Shown piece by piece: positions 18,191 to 29,040 of a stretch of DNA of 64,000 nt. Source of the stretch: Candidatus Enteromonas sp. (GTDB lineage Bacteria > Bacillota_I > Bacilli_A > RFN20 > CAG-826); assembly GCA_052273085.1 (NCBI GenBank), contig DAVZIW010000001.1, positions 20,584 through 84,583 on the forward strand. Reading direction: 5' to 3'. The first letter of the stretch is position 1; every line of letters starts with the position of its first letter. The position numbers were made by a program, and so were the translations under genes. The notes below the pieces were generated by a model. The model saw nothing but the letters and a program-made list of their open reading frames with translations. It did no database searches and had not been told where the DNA came from.

Positions 18191-21100
18191 TTACGACTTT
18201 TGTTTATTAGCAAGGTATACCGAATGTATATTTCTCATTACTTTTTCTAAATCATCAAGCCAGTTGCCCTGTTTATATAAAGAAACTACCAATACTTTAT
18301 TCAAAAAAGTAACTCTCAACCTATTCATCATCGGCAACAAGGAATTAAATAAATCACTGCCGATTCCGTCAATTCTAGAGAAGCTAGACGATAAAGATAA
18401 ATCGACTTTGTCTTCGTAGTCGTTAATGGATGTAAATTCTTCAAAATCAGAAAGGATATCAATGAGTTTTTTCTTAATTAACAAAGAGGTCTCTTCTGGC
18501 ATTTTTCCATATATGTCCCTCACCTTTTTGGCAAACTTGTTCAAATCCGACTCTTTATTTATGTTCTCTAATTCCTGATACAAAACAATCTTATCGCTTT
18601 TAGATGCATACTCAGAAGGAATATAGGCATCTATATCAAAAAGCTTATTTGAAGTAGGCGGAGCAAGTTCAATTCCAGACTTTTTAGCCTCGATTGCTTC
18701 ATTTAACATCTTCATATATAAATCAAGCCCGACAGAATCGATAAATCCGGCTTGTTCAGGGCCCAAAATGTCTCCAGCACCTCTAATCATCAAATCTCTT
18801 TGGGCAATTTTATAACCAGATCCAAGTTCGGTGAATTCTTGGATAGCCTGCAAACGTTTTTTAGCGTCTTCATTCATATTCTTATGTGGTTTATACATCA
18901 AATATGCATAAGAGATTCTATTTCCTCTGCCGACCCTGCCTTTGATTTGATAAAGCTGAGAAAGACCGAAGTTATCAGCATTTTCTACAATTATCATGTT
19001 CGCGTTTGGTATATCTATGCCGTTTTCAACGATTGAAGTGCAAACCAAAACATTAAGTTCATTATCATAGAACTTAGCCATGACGTCTTCGGATTCATTT
19101 TTATCCATTTGGCCATGGACAACCCCTATTTTTGCTAAAGGGATTCTTGAAGCAAGCTTAGAAGCGCACGAATATATCGTATCAACCCTGTTATGGACAT
19201 AATAAACCTGCCCATTTCTAGATAATTCCCTAGAAATAAGTTCATCTACTATCTCTTCTTTATATGGGGTTACATATGTCTGGATTGGCATTCTTGATGA
19301 AGGGGCTGTATTAATTTCTGACATCGGGCGAATCCCAACCAAAGACATTTGTAAAGTCCTAGGAATTGGGGTGGCAGAAAGAGTAAGGACATCAACGCTA
19401 TTCTTCATTTCCTTGATTCTTTCTTTTTGCTCAACTCCAAAACGTTGTTCTTCATCAACAATCAAAAGACCTAAATCCTTAAATTCAAAATCCTTAGAAA
19501 GAAGCCTATGTGTCCCGATTATAAAATCGATTTTTCCTTCTTTGATAGCCTTTAGATTTTGGTTTTGGACTGAATCTGGAATTAATCTAGAAAATAAGGC
19601 CAATCTAACTCCAAAAGTAGCAAAACGCTGCATGGCTACCTCGAAATGTTGCCTTGCCAATAAGGTAGTCGGGCATAATAAGGCAACTTGCTTTCCGTTT
19701 GATATAGCTTTAAAAGCCGCTCTAAAAGCAACTTCAGTTTTGCCAAAACCAACATCACCACAGACAAGCCTATCCATGATTTCATTAGATTCCATATCCT
19801 TCTTAATCGCATCAACTGCAGCTTGTTGATCAGAGGTCAATTGATATGGGAATTCATTCTCAAATTGTTTTTGTAGTTCATCATCTGGAAGGAAAGCAAA
19901 ACCTTTGTTCCTAGCCCTATTCCCATAAAGAGAAATAAGCCTATCAGCGAGTTCGTTGATACGTTTATTGATCTTGGCTTTTCTTTTCTCCCATTCTTTA
20001 GTTGAAAGCCTACTTAATTGAGGTCTTGCCCCTTCTCTTCCGGCATATTTTCTAACTAATCTAAATTGTTCTAAAGGAACATAAAGGAATTCATTTCCAG
20101 CATATGCAATATGAAGGAAATCCCTATGTTTCCCTTCTATTTCAATGGTTTTTATATCAAGGAATTGGCCGATTCCATTATATTCATGAACTACATAATC
20201 CCCTGGCCTTAACTCTTCATAACTTCTTAATATAGTCGCCTGTTTGAAACGTGAATTAAATCTAGAAGCAACTCGTCTTGCGCCAAATAATTCATTAGAA
20301 GAAATATAGGCAATCTTTAAAGAAGGGATTTCAAATCCTTCTGAAAGATTCAAAGAAGAAAAAGCAAGATTAGAAGAAGGGATTTCTAGCCCATTTACTT
20401 CTTCTATTTCAAGCTTGGCATCCTCTAAAAGACTCTTGATTGTTTTTCTTTGCTGTTCTTCCTTTAGACAGATAATAACTTTATTGCCGCTAGTTAGATA
20501 AGATTGGATTGTGGGCAAGATAGATGCAATCGATTTACCCGTTAACGAAATCGAATGAACTGGGAAGCTAACATCGTTAATCGAAGTAGAAAAGATGGAC
20601 CCATGTATCGATTTAACACCTTTTAAAGCCTTGTCTAGACTTAGATATTGTTCTAGATGAGAAAGGCATTGTCCTTGGTAAAATAGTTCTCCAAAATATT
20701 GATTTGCCTCAGTTTGGAGTAAAGAGAAAGATTCAGCGAATTGAGGATAATTCGGAAAGAAGACAAATCTAGAATCAAAATAACTAACTATTGAAGAAGC
20801 GTCTTTATTCGCTAATCCATAATATTTATATAAAGATATTTTGTAATTGTTATTTTTATAATCTTCTAAAACGGATTCTAAATTTCTTTTTAAATCATTA
20901 AAACGTTCTAAAGGAAGCTCTTCTTCATCTTTTGAAAGCCTATCTAAAGCAGTTTTCTTGAATTCTTCAAACATTGATGAAGGCAAAAAGAAATCAGTCG
21001 CCGGGGCGATAGAAACTTCTTCTAGGCTACTTTTAGATTCCTGCGTTGCTATATCGAACAAACGTATTGATTCAATTTCATCATCAAAGAATTCAATACG

Positions 21101-21664
21101 TATTGGATCTAAATAGGAAACCGAATACACATCAACAATATCACCCCTATAGGCAAATTGAAGTGAGTGTTCAACTTTGTCATTAACCTTATAACCATTT
21201 TCTAATAATCTGGTTTTGAATTCTTTTAAATCGAGAGTGTCTCCAACCTTTAATTTAATAACCCTGTCTTCAAATTGTTTTCTTGAAGGAAGGAAGCGAA
21301 GAAGAGCGCTAGGATGGGTAACCAAAATCTTCTTTTTATTATCTAAAAGACGATACATTGCATATATTCTTTGAGACTGCAATTCTAATGAAGAAGATAA
21401 TGCTTCCGCCCGCAAAAGTTCATCGGATGGAAAGAAAACAACATTTTCTTCTGGAAAGAAATTAAGCAAGAATTCATATAGTCTTTGGCAAGAATATTGA
21501 TTAGGAGAAACTATACAATAGTTGTCTTTTTTCTTATTGAACAAAGATAAAACAGCCAAGGCTGGCCCTAACGTATCATCACTAATTAAATTGCCTTTTG
21601 CTTCATCTAGAGCACTTACATAAGGCAAGCTATCAACTAAAGAAAAAAGATCGTTATTCTTCAT
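18191..21664 (-). CDS. mfd: transcription-repair coupling factor
   Basis: 1157 aa with a UvrB-homology N-region, an RNAP-interacting domain and a superfamily-2 helicase core (GDVGFGKTEVA...LIVDEEQRFGV...). The start overlaps the pth stop as ATGA. Confidence 0.95.
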   Translation of the reverse strand: MKNNDLFSLVDSLPYVSALDEAKGNLISDDTLGPALAVLSLFNKKKDNYCIVSPNQYSCQRLYEFLLNFFPEENVVFFPSDELLRAEALSSSLELQSQRIYAMYRLLDNKKKILVTHPSALLRFLPSRKQFEDRVIKLKVGDTLDLKEFKTRLLENGYKVNDKVEHSLQFAYRGDIVDVYSVSYLDPIRIEFFDDEIESIRLFDIATQESKSSLEEVSIAPATDFFLPSSMFEEFKKTALDRLSKDEEELPLERFNDLKRNLESVLEDYKNNNYKISLYKYYGLANKDASSIVSYFDSRFVFFPNYPQFAESFSLLQTEANQYFGELFYQGQCLSHLEQYLSLDKALKGVKSIHGSIFSTSINDVSFPVHSISLTGKSIASILPTIQSYLTSGNKVIICLKEEQQRKTIKSLLEDAKLEIEEVNGLEIPSSNLAFSSLNLSEGFEIPSLKIAYISSNELFGARRVASRFNSRFKQATILRSYEELRPGDYVVHEYNGIGQFLDIKTIEIEGKHRDFLHIAYAGNEFLYVPLEQFRLVRKYAGREGARPQLSRLSTKEWEKRKAKINKRINELADRLISLYGNRARNKGFAFLPDDELQKQFENEFPYQLTSDQQAAVDAIKKDMESNEIMDRLVCGDVGFGKTEVAFRAAFKAISNGKQVALLCPTTLLARQHFEVAMQRFATFGVRLALFSRLIPDSVQNQNLKAIKEGKIDFIIGTHRLLSKDFEFKDLGLLIVDEEQRFGVEQKERIKEMKNSVDVLTLSATPIPRTLQMSLVGIRPMSEINTAPSSRMPIQTYVTPYKEEIVDELISRELSRNGQVYYVHNRVDTIYSCASKLASRIPLAKIGVVHGQMDKNESEDVMAKFYDNELNVLVCTSIVENGIDIPNANMIIVENADNFGLSQLYQIKGRVGRGNRISYAYLMYKPHKNMNEDAKKRLQAIQEFTELGSGYKIAQRDLMIRGAGDILGPEQAGFIDSVGLDLYMKMLNEAIEAKKSGIELAPPTSNKLFDIDAYIPSEYASKSDKIVLYQELENINKESDLNKFAKKVRDIYGKMPEETSLLIKKKLIDILSDFEEFTSINDYEDKVDLSLSSSFSRIDGIGSDLFNSLLPMMNRLRVTFLNKVLVVSLYKQGNWLDDLEKVMRNIHSVYLANKQKS

Positions 21665-22221
21665 TTGTTATAATGATTCATCGCATAATTAAAATCATGG
21701 AGAAGGTAATCTCTAATCGCCTTGGAGGCATTAGTAGTCGCGATGTCTAATTTTTCCCTACTATCGTTATCAATTTTAGAAAGGACATAATCAGCCCCAC
21801 CATGAGGTGGTTCTCCTATTCCAATCCTGACACGTTTAAATTTATCGCTACCAATAGAAGAGATAATGCTTTTCATCCCATTATGGGAACCGCTAGACCC
21901 AAAAGGCCTTAACCTAATCTTTCCTTCTTCTATCGCCATATCATCATAAATAACAAGAAGGTCATCGATGGAAATTTTGAAATATGACATCATGGGTGCA
22001 ACAAATTGCCCAGAAAGATTCATATAAGTCGAAGGTTTGGCCAAAATAAAATCTTCTTCAAAGGCAGGATTTTTTACAATCGCATAAAGCCCATTGAATT
22101 TAGATCTATCAATATCAGCTTTAACCATTTCGGCAAATTTATCAATAACAGCAAACCCCATATTGTGACGGGTATTTTCATATTGCTTGCCTATATTGCC
22201 TAATCCTACGATAAGTTTCAT
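21661..22221 (-). CDS. pth: peptidyl-tRNA hydrolase
   Basis: 186 aa: MKLIVGLGNIGKQYENTRHNMGF... is the canonical Pth N-terminus. Confidence 0.95.
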   Translation of the reverse strand: MKLIVGLGNIGKQYENTRHNMGFAVIDKFAEMVKADIDRSKFNGLYAIVKNPAFEEDFILAKPSTYMNLSGQFVAPMMSYFKISIDDLLVIYDDMAIEEGKIRLRPFGSSGSHNGMKSIISSIGSDKFKRVRIGIGEPPHGGADYVLSKIDNDSREKLDIATTNASKAIRDYLLHDFNYAMNHYNK

Positions 22222-22772
22222 TACTTAACCTCATCTACCTCAACAATATTTTGTAATTTAGAAGCAACGTTAATGATTTTATCTACGCCTTCTTGATCAT
22301 AATATTCAAAAGGACGTTCCATCATTTCCTTGACCATGGCATTAGATACACCTTGCTTATTTTGCATGATGTTCATCGTGTATTTCATCATCATTCTCTG
22401 GAAGAATGGAAGCTTAGCCATATCAAAAGAGCCACGTAATTGGTAATAACGGACATGATATAAATCAAGGATATTAGAATTAATGAGTTCTTGTCTTCCT
22501 TCTTTTGATGGAATAGACATTCCAGAAGAGAAAATCATGACATTTTTATCACTCATGTCATCGTAATGGGATAAGAAATCATCAAGTCCTTTGATTTTTC
22601 CTCCCATAACCCAACCACCAAAGATGATAAGGTTGTAATTAGAAAGGTTCTTCCACTTGAATTTCTTTAGTGGCATGACCTCTGCAGAGATAGTTTTTGC
22701 TATATCTTCTGCATATTTTTTTGTAGATCCAACTTGGGAAACATATAAAACAATACTTTGCATAGCAAACAT
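22221..22772 (-). CDS. flavodoxin-like domain protein
   Basis: About 180 aa. The N-terminus (IVLYVSQVGSTKKYAEDIAKTI) resembles a flavodoxin-type FMN-binding loop. Co-directional and overlapping with pth by 1 nt. Confidence 0.55.
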   Translation of the reverse strand: MFAMQSIVLYVSQVGSTKKYAEDIAKTISAEVMPLKKFKWKNLSNYNLIIFGGWVMGGKIKGLDDFLSHYDDMSDKNVMIFSSGMSIPSKEGRQELINSNILDLYHVRYYQLRGSFDMAKLPFFQRMMMKYTMNIMQNKQGVSNAMVKEMMERPFEYYDQEGVDKIINVASKLQNIVEVDEVK

Positions 22773-22836
22773 ACTACCACATAAGAAGATAAACTTCCTT
22801 TTATTTGTTTTAAAAATTTACTTTTATGATTAGCCT

Positions 22837-23811
22837 ATGTATTCGATAATAATAGACATGAAAGTTAAAGATTTTTTTATTGATTTAGCAAAAGGGGCTT
22901 CGTTAGGAACTGGATTATTACCAGGCGTATCGGCAGGAACAGTCGGATTAATCGTTAATATTTACGATAAATTAATCAGTGGAATTAACGATTTAAAAAA
23001 GAATTTCTTTCGTGCGTTCCTAACTCTTCTTCCAATTGGAATAGGTTGGGTCGCCTCCGGAATATTGCTTTTATATGTCCAGCATAAATGTTGGGACTAC
23101 ATTCCTTTTATCATTGTCTGTATATGCACCGGATTCTTAATCGGAGGAATGCCTACCATATACAAAGAGTCTGGGATAGAGAAAATTAAGAAAAACGATG
23201 GTTTAAGAACGGCAATTGGGTTTATTGTAGCCACCTTAATCGGAGTATTTTCTGTTCTGGCATATGTATTTAATTGGTTTTCGTTTGAAGAAGCATTTGC
23301 TAATCCAAACCAAAACTGGTGGGTATATATAGTTATAATTGTTATAGGATTTGTCGCGGCTGCTGCCTGTATTATCCCAGGAATATCCGGAGCGATGATT
23401 TTGTTTATATTTGGATTATACCAACCTGTATTAAATATTTATTTTGGTGATAATTCCATAATCCATAACCATGATAGATTAGGTTCAGGACTTTTATTGA
23501 CTTTATGTCTAGTCATAGGAGTTGTTTTAGGTTTCCTTGCTATCTCAAAAGTAATGAAGTCACTTCTAGAAAAACACAAAAGAGGGACATATGGATATGT
23601 GCTCGGTTTTGTTGCAGGTTCTATAGTAGCAATGTTTGTAAATAACCAAATTTGGCCTGCCTATTCAAATCCAAATACCTCTCAATGGTATCAATACCTT
23701 ATAGGAATAATTTTATTAATTGCAATTGCATTTGCCACTTTATTATTGATAAAATTATCCAGTCGTAAAAAGGAAGAAAACCTTGAAAAAATCGAACAGT
23801 CGAATAACTAA
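22837..23811 (+). CDS. polytopic membrane protein (DUF368-like)
   Basis: 324 aa with about 8 predicted TM helices. The GASLGTGLLPGVSAGTVG loop resembles the DUF368 PGxSRSG motif. The start is uncertain (ATG at 22837 or 22858). Confidence 0.45.
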   Translation: MYSIIIDMKVKDFFIDLAKGASLGTGLLPGVSAGTVGLIVNIYDKLISGINDLKKNFFRAFLTLLPIGIGWVASGILLLYVQHKCWDYIPFIIVCICTGFLIGGMPTIYKESGIEKIKKNDGLRTAIGFIVATLIGVFSVLAYVFNWFSFEEAFANPNQNWWVYIVIIVIGFVAAAACIIPGISGAMILFIFGLYQPVLNIYFGDNSIIHNHDRLGSGLLLTLCLVIGVVLGFLAISKVMKSLLEKHKRGTYGYVLGFVAGSIVAMFVNNQIWPAYSNPNTSQWYQYLIGIILLIAIAFATLLLIKLSSRKKEENLEKIEQSNN

Positions 23812-23841
23812 TATTTTTTAAGAAGAAAGTGAGTAGAAAAA

Positions 23842-24456
23842 ATGCCACGTACACCTGAGCAAAATAGAATCGTTAAAGACAAAAGAAAAGCAAAAATTAC
23901 CGAAAAAGCGTTAAAAATTTTCGCCAACATGGACTATAGGGATGTATCAGTTGATACCATTACCAAAGCCGTAAGATGTTCCCACGGTCTCTTTTACCAT
24001 TACTTTGATTCAAAAGAAGATATTTTCAATTATATCATTGACGAAATTGTGCTAGAAAATTCTAGTCTCTTCCCAATTGAAAAAGCTAATGAAATTGGGG
24101 GTACAAATGGTATAAAAGTACTAACTTCTCATTATTCAAGTTTGATAAATGCAACAAATCACGATTTATATTGTTTAAAGATTATGTTGGATTTAATTGA
24201 CGTTAGCGAGATTCCTTCAAATCTAAAAAAGACTGTTAAGGAAAATGACTTAAAGAAATGTCTAATCTCTTTAATAAAGACATCCCAAGAAGAAGGAAAC
24301 GCCATCGCAGGCGACCCTACTTCAATTGCTAAGGCAATGGCCTTATTAATAAAAGAAGAAATTAAAACCAATATGAATGAAAAGGGTAAAAATTCACTTC
24401 CTAGCGGAGATATCCTCCTCGGAATGATGATGAAAAAACCTTTATCAGATATCTAA
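23842..24456 (+). CDS. TetR/AcrR family transcriptional regulator
   Basis: The N-terminal HTH (RDVSVDTITKAVRCSHGLFYHYFDSKEDIF) is typical of TetR. Confidence 0.85.
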   Translation: MPRTPEQNRIVKDKRKAKITEKALKIFANMDYRDVSVDTITKAVRCSHGLFYHYFDSKEDIFNYIIDEIVLENSSLFPIEKANEIGGTNGIKVLTSHYSSLINATNHDLYCLKIMLDLIDVSEIPSNLKKTVKENDLKKCLISLIKTSQEEGNAIAGDPTSIAKAMALLIKEEIKTNMNEKGKNSLPSGDILLGMMMKKPLSDI

Positions 24457-24465
24457 ATATTTAAG

Positions 24466-24491
24466 CCTCTAGAAAACTAGAGGTTTTTTAT
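24466..24491 (+). terminator. intrinsic terminator after the tetR gene
   Basis: CCTCTAG-AAAA-CTAGAGG followed by TTTTTTATT. Confidence 0.6.
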
Positions 24492-26053
24492 TATCTATTT
24501 CTTGCAGAGAAATCGAATAAATACTTATATGTATCCTTTAGTTTGGGATATAACCCTTTGTAACAATTTTGATATAGCTCTTCGTATATCTTCACGTTTT
24601 CCTTGTTTGGTTTAAAGGTAATAGAAGGATGAACCATGCTGGAAATGGCTTCGTTTACATCTTTAAATTCTTTAGTAGCAAGGAAGCCAATAATCGCAGC
24701 TCCTAAGGAAGAAGTTTCATTAGTTTGGACTCTAGTAACCGGAAGATTAAATATATCCGCGGTGATTTGGCAAATCTCATCCGATTTAGATCCACCACCT
24801 GCAATTCTAATTTCATTGAACCCATGTCTTAGATTTTTGGCAAATCCTTCGCTAGCTAATCTAAGTTCATAATCAATTCCTTCAATTATGGCTTTATAGA
24901 CATGTAACCTTGTTGTTGAATCACTAAAACCAATAATAGACCCCTTTACTTCTGGTTTATCTAGATTTGAACCCCAGAAAGGTTGTAAAAGCAATCCACC
25001 AGACCCAGCAGGTATGCTAAAAAGGTTTTTGTTATAGTCTTCAGGATAAACATCATCAATAACAAGATCATTGATATTCATCGCACCGAATTCTTTCAAG
25101 AACCAATTGATCATCCAATATCCACGATATACTTGTACGTCTAGATTGAATTGGCCAGGCAAAGTCGATGGATAGGCAGGAAAGAATTTGGATGGGGACA
25201 TGAACTTATTCACACTAGTTTCGACCGAACATGCAGTACCTAAAGAAATAGATAAAATTGTATCTTTAATGACACCTGTCCCTAACGTTTCGCAAGATTT
25301 ATCAGATCCACACGCATAAATAACTAAGCCTTCTGGAAGACCAGTTTCAAAAGAAGCATTCTTATTGATTTTTCCAATTTCTTGTTCACATTCAACTAGT
25401 TCACAAAGTTGATTTTTCTTGATAGAGAATATTTGACCCTGCATATGGGTTTCTGGTTTTTTATACCACTGCTTTTTCTTGTAATTCAATGGGTAATGGC
25501 CTGTATAATCGGAAGCAGAATCAATTAAATTACCAGTCAATTTATAATTAAAATAAGTCGATAAAGCGATATATTTATTAATACGAGTAAAGTTCTCTGG
25601 TTCGTTTTCTTTAACCCAGTTAGCAACTGTCCTTCTCCTATTCATTTCTATAACAGCAGACATGCCGACAAGACCAAATGCCAATCTAGAAAACAGAGGA
25701 AGGTGTTTCTCACATTTTGCATATCTTTGGTCCAGCCAAAGTATCATCGGACGAATTACTTTATTGTCTTTATCTAGCAAAACAGCCGAATCCCTAAAGC
25801 AAGTCATCGTAATACCTTTGACTCTTTTCATTAGTTCTTCATTTTTACTTATTCTTTGGGAACACTTGCATAAACATTCGTAATAATAAGCAGGGTCTTG
25901 TTCAGCATAACCAGGTTTAGTAGAAAAATAAGCCGGTTCATACGTTTGTTTTTCACAAGCAAGAGCATTCCCGTTTTTATCAAATATTGATACACGTACC
26001 GACTGTGTTCCAAAATCTATCGTTAGAATTAAATTAGACTTTTCCATTTCCAT
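24491..26053 (-). CDS. FGGY-family carbohydrate kinase
   Basis: 520 aa: N-terminal LILTIDFGTQSVRVSIFDKNG (FGGY_N), and a C-terminal GGGSKSDEICQITADIFNLPV (FGGY_C). The substrate cannot be assigned from sequence alone. Confidence 0.85.
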   Translation of the reverse strand: MEMEKSNLILTIDFGTQSVRVSIFDKNGNALACEKQTYEPAYFSTKPGYAEQDPAYYYECLCKCSQRISKNEELMKRVKGITMTCFRDSAVLLDKDNKVIRPMILWLDQRYAKCEKHLPLFSRLAFGLVGMSAVIEMNRRRTVANWVKENEPENFTRINKYIALSTYFNYKLTGNLIDSASDYTGHYPLNYKKKQWYKKPETHMQGQIFSIKKNQLCELVECEQEIGKINKNASFETGLPEGLVIYACGSDKSCETLGTGVIKDTILSISLGTACSVETSVNKFMSPSKFFPAYPSTLPGQFNLDVQVYRGYWMINWFLKEFGAMNINDLVIDDVYPEDYNKNLFSIPAGSGGLLLQPFWGSNLDKPEVKGSIIGFSDSTTRLHVYKAIIEGIDYELRLASEGFAKNLRHGFNEIRIAGGGSKSDEICQITADIFNLPVTRVQTNETSSLGAAIIGFLATKEFKDVNEAISSMVHPSITFKPNKENVKIYEELYQNCYKGLYPKLKDTYKYLFDFSARNR

Positions 26054-26176
26054 TCTCTTTTTTCCAAGCTTAATTATAGATAAATTTCAGCCTAAAGATG
26101 ATAGTTTTGTTTTATAGAAGTAAAGTAGGTATCACTTTTTAGGCTTTTCTTTATAAGAAACATGTAAATTTTATCT

Positions 26177-26205
26177 TCTTTAGAAGGCCTTATATGTGGT
26201 AAGAT
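26177..26205 (+). promoter_or_regulatory. putative ppdK promoter with extended -10 (TGgTAAGAT)
   Basis: TG at 26197-26198 and TAAGAT at 26200-26205, with a weak -35. An AGGAGG Shine-Dalgarno lies before the ATG at 26257. Confidence 0.35.
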
Positions 26206-26256
26206 TTATCCGCTGGGTTTAAAAACCCTTTATTAAATTGTCATTAGGAGGATACA

Positions 26257-28917
26257 ATGGCAGAAAAGAAATATGTTTATTCCTTCAAAGAAGCCCATGA
26301 AGCCCATTTAGGCAAGGACATTCTTGGAGGAAAAGGCAACGGTCTCGCCGAGATGACTGCCGCTGGAGTCAATATTCCAGCTGGATTCACCGTTACTACC
26401 GAAGCCTGCAATCTCTATTACGAATCCGGTAAAAAGATTCCTGATTTCGTTTGGGACGACGTTGTCGCCCACATCCATCAAATCGAAGAAATCGATGGAA
26501 AAGCCTTTGGTGGCGGAAAAGGATTACCACTTCTAGTTTCAGTTAGATCTGGTGCCCGTATGTCCATGCCAGGCATGATGGATACAATTCTTAACCTTGG
26601 TTTAAATGATGAAACCGTTAAAGAATTAGTCGAAGGAACTGGCAATGAAAGATTTGCTTGGGACTCCTATCGTCGTTTCATCTTGATGTTCACCAACATC
26701 GCCAAAGGACATCCACGTACCAAGATGGATGCCATGCTTGATCAAATCAAGAAAGACAATGGTTACAAACTTGATACCGAAGTCACCGTTCCACAACTAA
26801 AGGAACTCGTAAAAGCCTACAAGGCCTATTACAAAGAAACATTTGGTGAAGATTTCCCAACCGATCCATATGTCCAATTAAAAGAAGCTATCGCTGCTGT
26901 ATTCCGCAGCTGGGATAACCCACGTGCTAACGTTTATCGTCAAATGAACGGTATCCCATATGAATGGGGAACCGCCGTTAACGTTCAAACTATGGTATTT
27001 GGTAACATGGGTGAAGATTCTGGTACTGGTGTTGCTTTCTCTAGAAACCCATCCACCGGTGAAAAGAAGATCTATGCCGAATTCTTACCAAACGCCCAAG
27101 GCGAAGACGTCGTTGCTGGTGTACGTACCCCTCTCCATATCGATGAACTCGAAAAGAGAATGCCAGAAGTCTATAAGCAATTCATGGAAACCATCAAGAG
27201 AATGGAAAACTATTTCCACGATATGCAAGACATGGAATACACCATCGAAAAAGGCAAACTCTACTTCTTACAAACCCGTAATGGTAAAAGAACCGCTAGA
27301 GCTGCTTTAAAGATTGCCTGCGACTTAGTTGACGAAGGATTAATCGATGAAAAGGAAGCTTGCTTAAGAGTCGAACCAAAGCAACTCAATGACTTGCTCC
27401 ACCCAACTTTCGATGAAGCCGATTTAAAGAAACACGAACCAATCTTAAAAGGTCTCCCAGCCTCCCCAGGTGCCGGAACTGGTAAGATTGTCTTCACCGC
27501 TGAAGAATGTAAAGAATTACACGACAAGGGAGTTAAAGTTGTTCTCTGCCGTGCTGAAACTTCTCCAGAAGATATCATCGGTATGGTTAATTCCGAAGCT
27601 ATCGTCACCGCTAGAGGCGGCATGACTAGCCACGCTGCCGTTGTTGCCCGTTCCATGGGTAAATGCTGCGTTGCCGGATGCACCGATGCCATAATCAACG
27701 AAGAAGAAAAGACCATGAGCATTGGCGACAAAGTCTATCACGAAGGTGATGTTATCTCTGTCAATGGTTCCACCGGTTACGTCTATGAAGGCGAAATCAA
27801 GATGGTTCCAGCCGACTTAGGTGGCGACTTTGGCCGTATGATGACTTGGGCTGATAAGTATCGTAGACTAAAGATCCGTGCTAACTGCAACACCCCACTT
27901 GATGCCGATAATGCACATCAATTCGGTGCCGAAGGTATTGGTCTATGCCGTACCGAACGTATGTTCTTTGCCGATGACCGTATCCTTAACATGCGTTCTA
28001 TGATTCTTTCTGAAACAGTCGAACAACGTGAAGCTGCCCTAGAAAGAATCCGCCCATATCAAGTTAACGACTTCTACCATATGTATATGTCTGCACCAGA
28101 CGATATGGTCTGCATCCGTTTACTCGATCCACCACTACACGAATTCTTACCAACTATTGATGATGCCAAGAACATCAAAGACTTAGCCGAAAAGCTTAAT
28201 GTCTCCGAACAAAAGGTTCGCGATAGAATCAATCAATTACAACAAGCTAACCCAATGATGGGCTTCCGTGGCGTACGTCTATGCGTTGCCTATCCAGAAA
28301 TCTATCGTATGCAAGCTACTGCTATCATCCAAGCTGCCATCAAAGCCAGCAAGGAATTAGGCAAAGATGTTGAACCTGAAATCATGATTCCTCTAACCGG
28401 CGAATTAAAAGAATTCAAGTTTGCTAAGAACGTCGTTGTCGAAGCAGTCGAAAACGAAATGAAGAAGGAAGGCAAGACTCTTGTCTACCACGTTGGTACC
28501 ATGATCGAAGTTCCAAGGGGAGCTTTACAAGCTGGCAACATTGCCAAAGAAGCTGAATTCTTCTCCTTCGGAACCAATGACTTGACCCAATTAACCATGG
28601 GCTTCTCCCGTGATGACTCCGGACAATTCTTAAATTACTATTATGACAAGAAGATTTATGAATTCGATCCATTCCAAACCATCGACGTCGAAGGTGTTGG
28701 CGAATTAGTCAAGATTGCCGTCGAACGTGGCCGTGCAACTAGAAAAGACCTAGTAGTCGGTGTCTGTGGTGAAACTGGTGGCGATCCAGCCTCCATCATG
28801 TTCTATGATGCTGTTGGACTAGATTATGTCTCCTGCTCACCATTCCGCGTCCCGCTTGCTAGACTTGCCGCTGCACAAGCTAACATCGTTCACGAAAGAG
28901 AAAAAGCCGCTAAGTAA
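26257..28917 (+). CDS. ppdK: pyruvate, phosphate dikinase
   Basis: 886 aa with an N-terminal ATP-grasp, a central phospho-His domain (GGMTSHAAVVARSMGKCCVAGC) and a C-terminal PEP-utilizing TIM barrel. The gene has strongly biased GC3-rich codon usage. Confidence 0.95.
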   Translation: MAEKKYVYSFKEAHEAHLGKDILGGKGNGLAEMTAAGVNIPAGFTVTTEACNLYYESGKKIPDFVWDDVVAHIHQIEEIDGKAFGGGKGLPLLVSVRSGARMSMPGMMDTILNLGLNDETVKELVEGTGNERFAWDSYRRFILMFTNIAKGHPRTKMDAMLDQIKKDNGYKLDTEVTVPQLKELVKAYKAYYKETFGEDFPTDPYVQLKEAIAAVFRSWDNPRANVYRQMNGIPYEWGTAVNVQTMVFGNMGEDSGTGVAFSRNPSTGEKKIYAEFLPNAQGEDVVAGVRTPLHIDELEKRMPEVYKQFMETIKRMENYFHDMQDMEYTIEKGKLYFLQTRNGKRTARAALKIACDLVDEGLIDEKEACLRVEPKQLNDLLHPTFDEADLKKHEPILKGLPASPGAGTGKIVFTAEECKELHDKGVKVVLCRAETSPEDIIGMVNSEAIVTARGGMTSHAAVVARSMGKCCVAGCTDAIINEEEKTMSIGDKVYHEGDVISVNGSTGYVYEGEIKMVPADLGGDFGRMMTWADKYRRLKIRANCNTPLDADNAHQFGAEGIGLCRTERMFFADDRILNMRSMILSETVEQREAALERIRPYQVNDFYHMYMSAPDDMVCIRLLDPPLHEFLPTIDDAKNIKDLAEKLNVSEQKVRDRINQLQQANPMMGFRGVRLCVAYPEIYRMQATAIIQAAIKASKELGKDVEPEIMIPLTGELKEFKFAKNVVVEAVENEMKKEGKTLVYHVGTMIEVPRGALQAGNIAKEAEFFSFGTNDLTQLTMGFSRDDSGQFLNYYYDKKIYEFDPFQTIDVEGVGELVKIAVERGRATRKDLVVGVCGETGGDPASIMFYDAVGLDYVSCSPFRVPLARLAAAQANIVHEREKAAK

Positions 28918-28940
28918 TTAGCTGCCTAAATAATCAAATT

Positions 28941-28969
28941 AGAGCTGCCGAAAGGTGGCTCTTTTTTTA
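28941..28969 (+). terminator. terminator after ppdK
   Basis: AGAGC, a 12-nt loop and GCTCT followed by TTTTTTT. Confidence 0.5.
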
Positions 28970-29013
28970 CTATTTTAATATTAAATATGATATAGGGGGT
29001 TAATCGGATTTAA

Positions 29014-29040
29014 AAAATGGCTAGGGTTTGCTAGCCATTT
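29014..29040 (-). terminator. intrinsic terminator of the glmU-like gene (end of the long minus-strand operon)
   Basis: 10-bp stem AAATGGCTAG / CTAGCCATTT. On the minus strand it is followed by TTTTAAATCC, immediately 3' of the stop at 29044. Confidence 0.6.

Noticed and set aside
26960-28672. Several 70-160-aa minus-strand ORFs inside ppdK
   Set aside because: They are antisense shadows created by the GC3-rich codon bias of ppdK. The translations are Ser/Ala/Pro-rich nonsense with no starts or Shine-Dalgarno sites.
26257-28917. Possible horizontal acquisition of ppdK because of higher GC
   Set aside because: The bias is in third positions, with preference for codons typical of highly expressed genes (GGT, CGT, GAA, AAG...). 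The flanking promoter and terminator look native. Translational-efficiency bias is the more likely explanation.
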